DNA from: Pseudomonadota bacterium | GTDB taxonomy: Bacteria; Pseudomonadota; Gammaproteobacteria; Burkholderiales; JALYOK01 | NCBI GenBank assembly: GCA_031419835.1 | Contig: JANOLP010000066.1 | Location: 1 to 58,472 of the forward strand | DNA length: 58,472 bases | Direction: 5' to 3' | In this document: in pieces, positions 1-9,112 of the stretch | Layout: each line of letters starts with the position of its first letter | How positions within the stretch are numbered: the first letter of the stretch is position 1 | Position numbers and translations under genes: made by a program | Notes under the pieces: generated by a model | Told to the model about the DNA's origin: nothing | Database searches by the model: none | The model's input: only the letters and a program-made list of their open reading frames with translations

Positions 1-297
1 CATCTCAACAAATGGGGGCGCGAGGGCGAGCTTAACATTCTCAAAATGCGTAAGAAAGAATTGCCTGCGGACTTCGACATCAAGATCACGAACCCTAGAG
101 CAATAATCATTCTTGGGCGAGACGTGGATTTTGCGAATGACCAAAAATTCGATTTCGAAATCATCAAACGCAAGTATGCCAATATCACGGACATCATGAC
201 CTATGACGACCTGTTGCGTAGATTGGACAATATTATTTCGATGATTGGGAGGAACTACTCGAAGCCTGACGCGCGGCTCACAAGTTCGTGCGCGTGA
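1..297 (+). CDS. C-terminal part of a DUF4263/Shedu (SduA)-like anti-phage nuclease, truncated by the window edge
   Basis: Frame 1 is open from base 1 (HLNKWGREGELNILKMRK...). NPRAIIILGR...FEIIKRKYANITDIMTYDDLL resembles the C-terminus of DUF4263 proteins. Confidence 0.7.
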   Translation, partial: HLNKWGREGELNILKMRKKELPADFDIKITNPRAIIILGRDVDFANDQKFDFEIIKRKYANITDIMTYDDLLRRLDNIISMIGRNYSKPDARLTSSCA

Positions 298-452
298 GCC
301 GGAACATGATCTTAAGCGGGCCATATCGCCCATTCAAAATAGACGCAATAAATCACGACTTTGTGCCTATTGTGAATTGACCACACACTAACCCAGCGCT
401 AAAGTGCCGCCACAAACTTTTATGACGCTGCCCCTCTCAATTAAGGAAATCC

Positions 453-1157
453 ATGAAGAAAACGCTAATTGCTTTCGCGTGCGCCCTAAGCGCGTTTGCG
501 AGTTCGGCCGCAGACATGACCGAAGAACAAAAAACGATTTATACGCTGGGCGCCATTATCGGCAAACAACTTTCTGTATTTTCTTTGTCGCCGGAAGAAG
601 TTGCATTGGTCACCAAAGGTCTGAACGATTTGGCGACCGGTGCGAAGCTTGAGGTCGATGGGGACGTTTACGGCCCTAAGGTTCAGGAATTGGCTAATAT
701 GCGCCGGACGTTGGTCGCCAGCAAACAAGCAGCGGCGGGCAAAGCCTTCGCCGAGAAAGCCGCGACGGAATCCGGCGCGGTGAAAACGCCGTCGGGCTTG
801 GTTTACATTTCCATGACGGAAGGTTCGGGCACAAGCCCAACCGCCGAAGACACGGTCAAAGCAAACTATCGGGGAACGCTGATTGACGGCGCCGAGTTTG
901 ACAGCTCCTATAAGCGCGGTGAACCAATCGACTTTGCATTGAGCGGCGTAATCAAATGCTGGACCGAAGGTTTGCAGAAAATGAAGGTCGGCGGCAAAGC
1001 GCGGCTGGTGTGCCCGCCGGAAATCGCCTATGGGGAGCAAGGTGCAGGTGGATCGATCCCGCCCAATGCGACATTGAACTTTGAAGTTGAGTTAATCGCC
1101 ATCACGCCACCCGTGAAACCGGAGGCTGAACCTGCGGCGCCGGGCGAAAACAAGTAA
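453..1157 (+). CDS. FKBP-type peptidyl-prolyl cis-trans isomerase (FkpA/Mip-like), exported
   Basis: Signal peptide; FKBP motifs YRGTLIDG.EFDSSY.RG.P, VI.CW.EGL, AYGE.G...IPPNATL.FEVEL; AAGGA RBS. Confidence 0.95.
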   Translation: MKKTLIAFACALSAFASSAADMTEEQKTIYTLGAIIGKQLSVFSLSPEEVALVTKGLNDLATGAKLEVDGDVYGPKVQELANMRRTLVASKQAAAGKAFAEKAATESGAVKTPSGLVYISMTEGSGTSPTAEDTVKANYRGTLIDGAEFDSSYKRGEPIDFALSGVIKCWTEGLQKMKVGGKARLVCPPEIAYGEQGAGGSIPPNATLNFEVELIAITPPVKPEAEPAAPGENK

Positions 1158-1180
1158 ATTCGCTGCAACGTTTCACATCC

Positions 1181-1210
1181 AAAAAAGCCACCGCATCCGG
1201 TGGCTTTTTT
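1181..1210. terminator. Bidirectional rho-independent terminator
   Basis: AAAAAAGCCACCG-CATC-CGGTGGCTTTTTT hairpin with A and T tracts, just after the FKBP stop. Confidence 0.9.
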
Positions 1211-1258
1211 GTTTAAGGCAAATAGTGCGTTGCCAATTTTGTTTTTTGTGTCGCAGAA

Positions 1259-1284
1259 TGTCGATTCTGGGATGGCCTATTCGA
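1259..1284 (+). promoter_or_regulatory. Putative ECF42-type sigma promoter, copy 1
   Basis: TGTCGATT-N9-CCTATTCGA; same core and spacing as 3606-3630; lies upstream of the YciI remnant. Confidence 0.6.
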
Positions 1285-1361
1285 TTAGCTAGTAAGTTGG
1301 TAGCTTTAGTCTGCGCTTCACGCTATCAAATCAAAATTGCAACTGATAAGGAGATATCACC

Positions 1362-1400
1362 ATGCGCTTTATGATCATTGTCAAAACCGCGTCGTTATAA
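1362..1400 (+). pseudogene. 5' remnant of a YciI/DGPF-family gene
   Basis: Strong RBS (TAAGGAGA) then ATG encoding MRFMIIVK, a typical YciI/DGPF N-terminus; stops after 12 codons, overlapping the 3' end of the antisense hydrolase gene. Confidence 0.65.
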
Positions 1401-3315
1401 AGCGCAACAGGCTCCCATAGACTGCCAAGCCGATAAGCTTGATGGCCTGCGTGCAGCTCGACCACCAGGTTGAAATATCCTTCGTCCATTCCCCGAGGTG
1501 ATCCGTTACCCACGAAAGACCAGGCAGGTTTGTAAAGATCGACATCGTGCTGGTGAACCAAACGGGTCCTTGCACACCTGCAGCGGCAGCGATCATTTCA
1601 ATTAGCACACCTAAGACCAATGCAATCGCAATAACGGCAATGAACGGCGATACTTTGGCGAAGCTGCGGATCGCTGCGCCTTGCGCGGATTGAAAGTCAC
1701 TTGCGGGCGCGATGGTAGTTGGCGGAACGTTGCCATCGACGATGAACTGTGCGATTTCATCCCATCGCTGCTCGGCGATAGCGGCGCCGTGACCGCCTTT
1801 GACGTAGCTAAGATTCGTAACGAAACTGGGGGTTTGTGGCCCAAATCCCAAATGACCCGCGCCGCCAAGATCGAACGCTCGAAAACGCCGCAGCGCGTTG
1901 GGTGCCATTGCGACGACCCAATCGCGTGTGGCGACATAATTTACAACAGCCGCAACGCCACTGTCCTTCGCACGTTCCGCCCAATCGTACGCCGGATGCA
2001 CGACACTGCCGGCGAACACAACCCGCTTGAACCAGCATCCGGTGTAATCGCGCATCGCCGCCGCGCCTAAATACGTTCCGTTGGAATGGCCGATGTAGTG
2101 AAAATTCGCGTTGGGATACCGTGCCGCCGCTTCGCAATACTCGTGCATCAACCATTCGACTTTTTGCCGGCGTATCCACGGCAGTGCGAACGGCAACATC
2201 GCGAAGTAACCGTAGGTTGGCGTGACCGATTTCCATGTGTGCGGTTTTTTCGCCGCCTTCTTTACACGCGCGGCGATCTTTTTGGTCCAGTGGCCATCGT
2301 CCCGAATGCCATGAATAACAAACACCACATCCTCAACAGCCGGTTCGGCGCAGTGCGGCATATGATCGTCGAGATGATGCCAACTGCTCGCAACTTCTGG
2401 CAATCGCTTAGCGTTCGTGGCGCCGCTGCCTTCCCCATTCAAGTTTCCATACAGCGCCGTGCGCAGCAAGTTACGACGCGTTTGATTCGCCATATTGTTT
2501 GCGTCCGCGGTCGAGATATCCAGTATGCTAAGGTGATCTGAAAGCGGAACTTCCAACACAAAAAGTTGCCGGTTTAATTCATTGTCGGCATTGAAGTCCA
2601 AACTCTCATTGGGCGCAACGATGCCATCGCTGGATCCCAGCATTTGAACTGTAATCATCGAGCGGGGTCGGCGGCCCGCCTGTTGCTCACGAAAGTGATC
2701 GACCATTTGCAATCGGGTATTCGCGATGAAAGGCGCGCCGCGCCGGAAATCAAAGAAGGTTGGTTGAACACCCAACATGAGAAAATGTCCTAGCAACCCA
2801 AATAAATTGAGCATCAGCCATTCCTTCCATCGCTCCCTTCCTGACGCCTGCCAGCCGGAAGAAATACCGGCGATCAGAACCAGCCGCGTGATCTTCTCAG
2901 CCCACTCGCGCCGTTCTTGAAAACGATCAAAACTGCCCATCGCTTCAAATGGTACCCGACTCCCCTGCCCCCATGCGCCCAATACGACCTTTCGCGCAAG
3001 CGCACCGCCGCTGCTATGGCCGACCAGAATAATTTCCGTGTAGCCACCGTGGTCTTGCCAGCGTTGTTGGATGTTCTCGATGACTTCGCCCGCGATTGCG
3101 GCCGCTGGCTTAATTGAGAACAGGCGCGCCGTTTCAAGTTCCGGCACCAATACATCCGCTTCGGGCAAGTCTTCGCGGATCGCCGCAATCAAACCTTTGA
3201 GCCGGCCTCGTTTAGGAGTCCGGTAGCCATATAAAACGACGATCAGTTTGGTAGCCCGTGAACCGCCAACCTCATAGAATTCAGTGTGGGTAATTCTGTT
3301 CAGAGATTCGGCCAT
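1381..3315 (-). CDS. Tandem two-domain alpha/beta-hydrolase-fold protein with C-terminal transmembrane segments
   Basis: 644 aa; two nucleophile-elbow motifs (IILVGHSSGG, HYIGHSNGT), oxyanion-like VLYG and VIHGI, C-terminal hydrophobic helices. Confidence 0.8.
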   Translation of the reverse strand: MAESLNRITHTEFYEVGGSRATKLIVVLYGYRTPKRGRLKGLIAAIREDLPEADVLVPELETARLFSIKPAAAIAGEVIENIQQRWQDHGGYTEIILVGHSSGGALARKVVLGAWGQGSRVPFEAMGSFDRFQERREWAEKITRLVLIAGISSGWQASGRERWKEWLMLNLFGLLGHFLMLGVQPTFFDFRRGAPFIANTRLQMVDHFREQQAGRRPRSMITVQMLGSSDGIVAPNESLDFNADNELNRQLFVLEVPLSDHLSILDISTADANNMANQTRRNLLRTALYGNLNGEGSGATNAKRLPEVASSWHHLDDHMPHCAEPAVEDVVFVIHGIRDDGHWTKKIAARVKKAAKKPHTWKSVTPTYGYFAMLPFALPWIRRQKVEWLMHEYCEAAARYPNANFHYIGHSNGTYLGAAAMRDYTGCWFKRVVFAGSVVHPAYDWAERAKDSGVAAVVNYVATRDWVVAMAPNALRRFRAFDLGGAGHLGFGPQTPSFVTNLSYVKGGHGAAIAEQRWDEIAQFIVDGNVPPTTIAPASDFQSAQGAAIRSFAKVSPFIAVIAIALVLGVLIEMIAAAAGVQGPVWFTSTMSIFTNLPGLSWVTDHLGEWTKDISTWWSSCTQAIKLIGLAVYGSLLRFITTRF

Positions 3316-3468
3316 GGCAAGTTCACTCAGGTTGGGAATACTCGTGGAAGTGTTCAGCAGCGGCGCGCCTGCGTCAATAAATCATTCGTACTATGTCCAA
3401 AGACATATTGACGGCGACGGGATTACATGAGGGATTCGCAAAACCGATTTCGTTGTTATCGAGGCCTA

Positions 3469-3540
3469 GCCAGGAGGCGCATGGGCATTGCCTTCCAGGG
3501 CATGCATTGCCAAGAAGCAAGACGGAAGCGGCTCACGGCT
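3469..3540. repeat. Family 1 degenerate palindromic repeat (GCCTG..GAGGC-N-GCCTC..CAGGC type)
   Basis: GAGGCGCATGGGCATTGCCTTCCAGG nearly identical to the reverse complement of the 48160-48232 copy. Confidence 0.7.
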
Positions 3541-3605
3541 TGTCGCCGCGCAGGCTCGTCATATCCAAGTTGTTCATCGTACAATTAAAAAAAAACCCGC
3601 GCGCC

Positions 3606-3630
3606 GTCGATTTAGACAACCCCTATTCGA
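3606..3630 (+). promoter_or_regulatory. Putative ECF42-type sigma promoter, copy 2
   Basis: GTCGATT-N9-CCTATTCGA upstream of the VOC gene; matches 1260-1284. Confidence 0.6.
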
Positions 3631-3705
3631 CTTACAAATAGACGCTGGCTTTAAATGACTCGTCCAATGCCGGTTTTTGTTGCGCGAACGCGAAGGAGGT
3701 TTTGT

Positions 3706-4173
3706 ATGACCAAACCAAAAGTACAATCGCTTCCCGATGGAATGCATACCGTTACGCCGCACCTCGTTTGCGCTGGCGCTGCCGACGCGATCGAATTTTA
3801 TAAGAAAGCGTTCAACGCGACCGAGACGATGCGCGTGCCCGGTCCGGGCGGAAAATTAATGCATGCGCAGATTCGCATTTGTGATTCCGCCGTGATGCTG
3901 GTCGACGAAATGCCCGACTGGGGAATGTTAGGGCCACTGTCCCTTAAAGGCTCGCCGGTTACCATCCATCTCTACGCCGAAGATGTCGACGCGTTCGTCG
4001 CGCGCGCGGTAAAGGTCGGCGCCAAGATCACGATGCCGATCGAAGATACGTTTTGGGGCGATCGCTATGGCTGCATTGAAGATCCGTTTGGCCATCGCTG
4101 GTCCGTCGCGTGCCACATACGCGACGTGAGCCCAGAAGAATTACAAGAAGCCGCTAAAAAAATGGTGGGTTAA
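3706..4173 (+). CDS. VOC/glyoxalase family protein (PhnB-like)
   Basis: TVTPHLVC...AIEFYKKAF...HAQIRI...DTFWGDRYG.IEDPFGHRW; GAAGGAGG RBS before ATG 3706. Confidence 0.9.
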   Translation: MTKPKVQSLPDGMHTVTPHLVCAGAADAIEFYKKAFNATETMRVPGPGGKLMHAQIRICDSAVMLVDEMPDWGMLGPLSLKGSPVTIHLYAEDVDAFVARAVKVGAKITMPIEDTFWGDRYGCIEDPFGHRWSVACHIRDVSPEELQEAAKKMVG

Positions 4174-4212
4174 AGTCCGTAATTCACACTTAAATCCACA
4201 CAGGAGATTCCT

Positions 4213-4740
4213 ATGATTAAAACCATCGCCATCGTGCTCGCGCTGTTGATCGCAGCAATACTGATTTACGCTGCAATCAAGCCCGATTCGTTTCGCATCG
4301 AACGCAGTACCACTATTAAAGCCCCACCGGAAAAAGTCTTCGCGTTAATCAATGATTTTAAGCAATGGGAAGGGTGGTCACCCTGGGAAAAAATCGATCC
4401 GGCGCTGAAGCGAACCTATAGTGGCGCGGCAAGCGGTGTGGGCGCGATTTACGAATGGAGCGGCAACAAAGATATCGGCCAAGGCCGCATGGAGATCGTC
4501 GAGTCTTCGCCGTCGTCCAAGGTTTCCCTCAAACTCGATTTCGTCACGCCATTTGAAGCGCACAACAGGGTAGATTTCACACTCGCACAACAGGGCGACA
4601 CGACGACCATCACTCAGGCAATGTATGGCCCAAGTCCTTATATGTCCAAACTGATGACGATATTTTTTAGCATGGAAAAAATGGTCGGCGAAAAATATGA
4701 GAAAGGGCTGGCTAACCTCAAATCGATCTCTGAAAAATAA
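4213..4740 (+). CDS. SRPBCC/polyketide cyclase family protein with N-terminal membrane anchor
   Basis: ERSTTIKAPPEKVF.LINDF..W..WSPW, GVGA.YEWSGN; AGGAG RBS. Confidence 0.9.
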   Translation: MIKTIAIVLALLIAAILIYAAIKPDSFRIERSTTIKAPPEKVFALINDFKQWEGWSPWEKIDPALKRTYSGAASGVGAIYEWSGNKDIGQGRMEIVESSPSSKVSLKLDFVTPFEAHNRVDFTLAQQGDTTTITQAMYGPSPYMSKLMTIFFSMEKMVGEKYEKGLANLKSISEK

Positions 4741-4809
4741 TTGCCGCGCGACCCTGTTTAAGCCGATATCCGACTCGCGGGCCGCTACCGGAAGTCGTCC
4801 GAACGAATT

Positions 4810-5655
4810 TTAGGCACTCGTTGCCACGGGCCGAGCGGGATCGGCGCACCATTCGCTCCAGGATCCCGGATAGAGTTTCGCACCGCGCAATCCCGCGATT
4901 TCCATCGCGAACAGGTTATGACATGCTGTCACGCCCGAGCCACATTGATTGATAACTTGGCTGGGTGATTGTGTTCCGAGCAACGTTTCGAATTCTTGCT
5001 TCAGGTTCGCGGCCGATTTAAACGTGCCATCGACGTTGAGATTATTTTTGAACACGCGATTCAGCGCGCCCGGAATATGTCCGGCGACGGGATCAATCGG
5101 TTCGGTTTCGCCGCGATAGCGCTCCGGCGCTCGGGCATCGACGACGACTGCGAGCGGTTGTTTCATGTTGGCGAGAATAAAATCTGCGTTGACGGTCATT
5201 CCCGATCTTTGCGCCGCGATAAACGTTGCCGCCTTTGGAATTGGCGCAGCGCGGACGGTAGCGCGGCCTTCTGCAATCCATTTGTTGATGCCGCCATCCA
5301 ATATGCGAACGTTGTCGTGGCCGAGCCAGCTTAATATCCACCATAGCCGTGAAGCGTACGGACCGCCGGCGTCGTCGTAAGCGATGACTTGTTTGCTGCC
5401 ATCGATGCCGATACTGCCCATTTTTCTTGCAAAGACTTCAATCGGAGGCAATGGGTGGCGGCCGTTTTTGCCGGTCTTTTCTCCCGATAAATCTTCGTCG
5501 AGATGCAAGAAATGCGCGTCGGGAATATGGCCTTCCACGTATGCGCGGCGACCTTTTTCCAAGTCCATTAAATCGTGGCGGCAATCGCAGATGACGATGT
5601 TGGCATCGCTCAGTTGATCGGCGAGTTCTTGAGTGGAAATCAGTAGTGCGGGCAT
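4810..5655 (-). CDS. sseA: Two-domain sulfurtransferase (3-mercaptopyruvate sulfurtransferase/rhodanese)
   Basis: GHIPDA, GRHPLP, CGSGVTAC active-site loop, LYPGSWSEW. Confidence 0.9.
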   Translation of the reverse strand: MPALLISTQELADQLSDANIVICDCRHDLMDLEKGRRAYVEGHIPDAHFLHLDEDLSGEKTGKNGRHPLPPIEVFARKMGSIGIDGSKQVIAYDDAGGPYASRLWWILSWLGHDNVRILDGGINKWIAEGRATVRAAPIPKAATFIAAQRSGMTVNADFILANMKQPLAVVVDARAPERYRGETEPIDPVAGHIPGALNRVFKNNLNVDGTFKSAANLKQEFETLLGTQSPSQVINQCGSGVTACHNLFAMEIAGLRGAKLYPGSWSEWCADPARPVATSA

Positions 5656-5714
5656 GATTTTATTTTGAGTAAAGTTATTCGCTATTCTAAGCCAATTCCT
5701 AGCGGTCTCACCCG

Positions 5715-5834
5715 GTCATTCCCGAGAAGGCGGGGAATCCATTTGGCCTTGATTTATTCCGTCGTCCCCGCGAAGGCGGGGACCCAGTGTCGTTGAGTCA
5801 AAAGACGCTGGATTCCCGCCTTCGCGGGAATGAC
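5715..5834. repeat. Family 2 palindromic repeat cluster (ATTCCC-N8-GGGAAT-like core), three units
   Basis: GTCATTCCCGAGAAGGCGGGGAATCCA, GTCGTCCCCGCGAAGGCGGGGACCCAG and inverted CTGGATTCCCGCCTTCGCGGGAATGAC; near-identical pair at 21957-22029. Confidence 0.9.
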
Positions 5835-5898
5835 AGGTGGATAGGTAGAGTGCATTTATGCACCATTGCTGCGCGGTGCATGAATGCATCCTACAAAC

Positions 5899-8121
5899 TT
5901 ATTTTTGCGCGATGGCGATGGTGGGATCCCACGGGACATCATTTCGAACTGCCATCCGCTCGCTGCAAGTCGCGACAAAAAATTGCGTGGGGCCATCGTT
6001 GGGCCAGCGTTGCGATAGTTGATTGAATCGCGCCGCTGCTTCGATTAGTTTTCCTGCGCGGAAATTTTCCAGCGCCGCGGCGAATTCAGTGAAGTTTTCC
6101 TTCGCATCCCCGATATCGCCAATTAACTCAACCAAATTCAGCGGCCGCGATTTTCCGGCGAGCTGAAAACGCCCGACCGGGCGCACGAATAGATCGCCGA
6201 CGTTTTCCACCACGTCGGCGGTTGCAAGCAAGGTGGTATTCAGAACTTTATTGAGTCCTTCCACGCGGCTCGCGGTATTGACGATATCGCCGACAGCGCG
6301 AAACTCCAGATGACCGCCGCGCGCGCCAAGCGTGCCCACGGCGACCTCGCCGGCATGTAAACCAATGCGCGTTTCTAGTTTCGGGCGATCGAGACTACGA
6401 TTAAATTCGTCGATGGCATCACGCATCGCGAGCGCGGCGTGGCAAGCTTGGCGGCGCAGATCGGCGCTCGTTTCGGTTTTCGCCCACAGCGCCAGCAACG
6501 CATCGCCGCGCATGTCGGCAATCGTGCCGCCGTGTTTTTCGATCAGGCGATTCAGCAGCGAAAAATAGTCGTTCATCAATTTCGCCAACGCTTGCGGCGC
6601 CATGGTTTCCGACAGGCGCGTGTAGTTTTTGATGTCCGTGGCTAGGCACACGCCGTAGGCCAGCTGCGTTTCCGGCCCGGCAGGTGCGGCGTCGGCGAGG
6701 GAGCGATTCAGAACCTCGGCGGGGACGAATTGCTTTGCCAAGTCGATCACTTGTTCGCGCTGGCGTTTGGCAAAGCGATACTTAAATAACGCGGCGGCAA
6801 TAAATGCCAGGGGCGACAAAATCGCCAAAGGCACGATCAGCGGCAACCAAACTTGATCGTTGGTAAAAACGTATCGTGCCCAAACTAAATACACGAGGCT
6901 CGCGATGCCTAGCAGGATGGCCGCGCGCCGCACCGACAGGAGACCTGCGAACGTCCCGGCCAGCGCGCCCCACAAACCGAAGAGCGCCATCTGGCGGGGG
7001 ATGCTGAGCGGCTTTAGATCCGAGCCGTCGAGCAAATTGGCGTAAGCGGTTGCGGCGATCTCAACACCGCTTAAGCGCAAGCCGTCGGCTTGCGAGTAGA
7101 CGGTATGGTAGTCATCGCGGATCGCCTCATAATCGCGCCAGTTTGCCGGAAGATAGCCGATAAAGACCACTTTTTCTTTGAAAATGGCCGGGTCAGCGAT
7201 GGCGTTTTGGCCACCGGTGACGCGGTGATAGGGGATGGTTTTGATCGTCGCGGGCGGTCCGTAGAAATTGAGAAAACGCGTTGCATCGCCGGCAAGGGTT
7301 TGCAGTAGCGCACGCAAGATACTTTTTTCTTTGGCGGGCCATTGGCTTTTTCTGTCGAGGCTTTTCAGGGCTCGTGCCAATAAGTTGGGCTGAGCGTCGA
7401 AGTTTTTGCGCAGCGTGGCAGTGAACATCGCGATTTGTGCGCCGCTCATATTTCCTGAGGAAGATGCTTGAAGATCCGCTCCCAGAGCGGGTTCCAGCCC
7501 GATCAATAATTCTCGAAGTTGCGGTAGCAAGGTTCTGGCAACCACTTGTAACGCAGCAACAGGCATGGTCGCGACGGCGCCTTCGTCTGCCTTGAAGGTC
7601 CAGTAACCATCGACGCGTACTGGCTCCCGCGGTAAGACAAAATTCGAGTTGAACGTTGCCGCGCCGTGCAGCGCCGACGTTGCCGCTTGTTGTGCTTCCG
7701 ATTGTGCTGCGAGTTTTTTGGCGAGGACAACGTTATTCGATCGTTGGATTGCCGTCGCGAAATCGGCATCCTCGGCACGGCTTTCTTCGAAAAACAAATC
7801 GAACACAATCGCGCTAGCGCCCGCCTCGCGTAAGTTGTTGACCGCTTGCGTGTGTAGTGCCCGCGACCACTGGGCCGGTTTTTCTGGCAGATTTAGCGCG
7901 TCCGTGGTCTCGCTGTTGATCGCGAGAATGACCACGTCGGACGGCGCCGTTTGCCTTCCACGCAGGGCAAATAACCACTGCAAACCAAAGCGCTGCTCTA
8001 AATCACTGGCCACGGGAAGCAGCGCGAGGATCAAGCCGAATAAGCCAAGGCCCCATCCGAGGCGCCGGCCCAAACTGGCATTAAACCCCTTTTCGTGCCA
8101 CGGTTTTCTCCCCAACATCAT
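5899..8121 (-). CDS. CHASE2-domain membrane class III adenylate/guanylate cyclase
   Basis: N-terminal TM, CHASE2 motifs (DVVILAI, GASAIVFDLFF, GVEIAATA..NLL), three TMs, cyclase motifs TDIKNYT, GD, RIGLHAG, GDIVNTASR.EGLNK, C-terminal TPR-like tail. Confidence 0.9.
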   Translation of the reverse strand: MMLGRKPWHEKGFNASLGRRLGWGLGLFGLILALLPVASDLEQRFGLQWLFALRGRQTAPSDVVILAINSETTDALNLPEKPAQWSRALHTQAVNNLREAGASAIVFDLFFEESRAEDADFATAIQRSNNVVLAKKLAAQSEAQQAATSALHGAATFNSNFVLPREPVRVDGYWTFKADEGAVATMPVAALQVVARTLLPQLRELLIGLEPALGADLQASSSGNMSGAQIAMFTATLRKNFDAQPNLLARALKSLDRKSQWPAKEKSILRALLQTLAGDATRFLNFYGPPATIKTIPYHRVTGGQNAIADPAIFKEKVVFIGYLPANWRDYEAIRDDYHTVYSQADGLRLSGVEIAATAYANLLDGSDLKPLSIPRQMALFGLWGALAGTFAGLLSVRRAAILLGIASLVYLVWARYVFTNDQVWLPLIVPLAILSPLAFIAAALFKYRFAKRQREQVIDLAKQFVPAEVLNRSLADAAPAGPETQLAYGVCLATDIKNYTRLSETMAPQALAKLMNDYFSLLNRLIEKHGGTIADMRGDALLALWAKTETSADLRRQACHAALAMRDAIDEFNRSLDRPKLETRIGLHAGEVAVGTLGARGGHLEFRAVGDIVNTASRVEGLNKVLNTTLLATADVVENVGDLFVRPVGRFQLAGKSRPLNLVELIGDIGDAKENFTEFAAALENFRAGKLIEAAARFNQLSQRWPNDGPTQFFVATCSERMAVRNDVPWDPTIAIAQK

Positions 8122-8340
8122 GTTTTTACGTCATTTTAAAAGAACAAATCGTAGAACAACGAGCTGACAACATTCCCTCTTTTTTTCGAAAACCCTTCAA
8201 CTCCCACTTGGTTAGGTAGGTTTTTCTGACAGTGACCGCGCTACATTACAGCAGATGTGAGGTTTTTGCGCGGCATGCGCGTCAATTATTCAAACGGCGC
8301 AGGTCGAAATGGGGAAGGGTTTTAGGCTGGGGGTGCGATT

Positions 8341-9021
8341 ATGACTGTGATTGCGTTGACGAGTGGTATGGGCACGGGCGTGAAATATGTCGCCGAGCAG
8401 GTCGCGCGGCGCCTGGGTTTCGATCTGGTTTATCGAGAAATCTGCCCGGCCGGATTGGAATCGGTACCCGTAAATCCGGCACGTAAAGATTCGCGCTGGG
8501 AAACCGGCTTGGCTTGGTTAATGGCGGCGCGGCATTTGGACGGGCTGAATGAGTTGGAAGAGTTGTACCGTTTGGCGCAGCGCGGCAACGTGCTGATTTG
8601 TGGTGCGACGCCATTACATTTTCTTGGCGAGGTCGCGAACGTGACCAAGATTCGCGTCCGCACGACGATGGCGGTGCGGGTTCGGCGCATTATGGCGTGC
8701 ATGGGCACCGATGAACCCGACCTGGCGCTGGGGAAAATTCTACACAGCGATCGGCGCCAAGCGGAGGCGTTGAAGTGCATGTTCGGGATTAACGATTTCG
8801 AGAGACCGCAGCTTTACGATTCCGTGGTCGATACCGGCCGCGAGCCGGCGGAGACCTGCGCGATGCAAATTGCCAAGCTGGCGATGCGGCCGATTGGCAC
8901 TACAGCACCCGCGCCGTGGACGGTTTTTGAGAAAATGATCGAGCAAATTCGGGTTGCTCGTGCGAATCAAAACGAGTTGACAAAGGGCGGTTACGAGGAG
9001 TCGCTGAATCGCTCATCCTAG
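8341..9021 (+). CDS. Cytidylate-kinase-like family protein (degenerate P-loop)
   Basis: VIALTSGMGTG...VARRLG, GNVLICG, VRRIM, SD..., P.LYD.V.DT pattern of the cytidylate kinase-like family. Confidence 0.75.
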   Translation: MTVIALTSGMGTGVKYVAEQVARRLGFDLVYREICPAGLESVPVNPARKDSRWETGLAWLMAARHLDGLNELEELYRLAQRGNVLICGATPLHFLGEVANVTKIRVRTTMAVRVRRIMACMGTDEPDLALGKILHSDRRQAEALKCMFGINDFERPQLYDSVVDTGREPAETCAMQIAKLAMRPIGTTAPAPWTVFEKMIEQIRVARANQNELTKGGYEESLNRSS

Positions 9022-9112
9022 CGCCCCCTTTCCAGCGCGCTCCGGACGAGCCTATACTACGCAATCGCCTAATCGTGGGAGGCAGGCTTGAAGTGAGCGC
9101 TGTGGAGGTAAA

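Noticed and set aside
385-415. CTAACCCAGCGCTAAAG resembling the left half of an integron attC site
   Set aside because: No complementary GTTAG right half nearby and no integrase in the window.
3393-3641. 82-aa ORF sharing EAHG.CLPG with ORF 48116-48361
   Set aside because: The shared peptide is a translation of the family 1 DNA repeat, not evidence of a protein family.
5715-5834. Possible CRISPR mini-array
   Set aside because: Units include an inverted copy, there are only three, and no cas genes are present.
5787-6026. ORF beginning ...LDSRLRGND
   Set aside because: Translation of the family 2 repeat; also antisense to the cyclase gene.
8205-8280. CRP/FNR-like site between the cyclase and kinase-like genes
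   Set aside because: Only a half-site (TGTGA) without a properly spaced partner.
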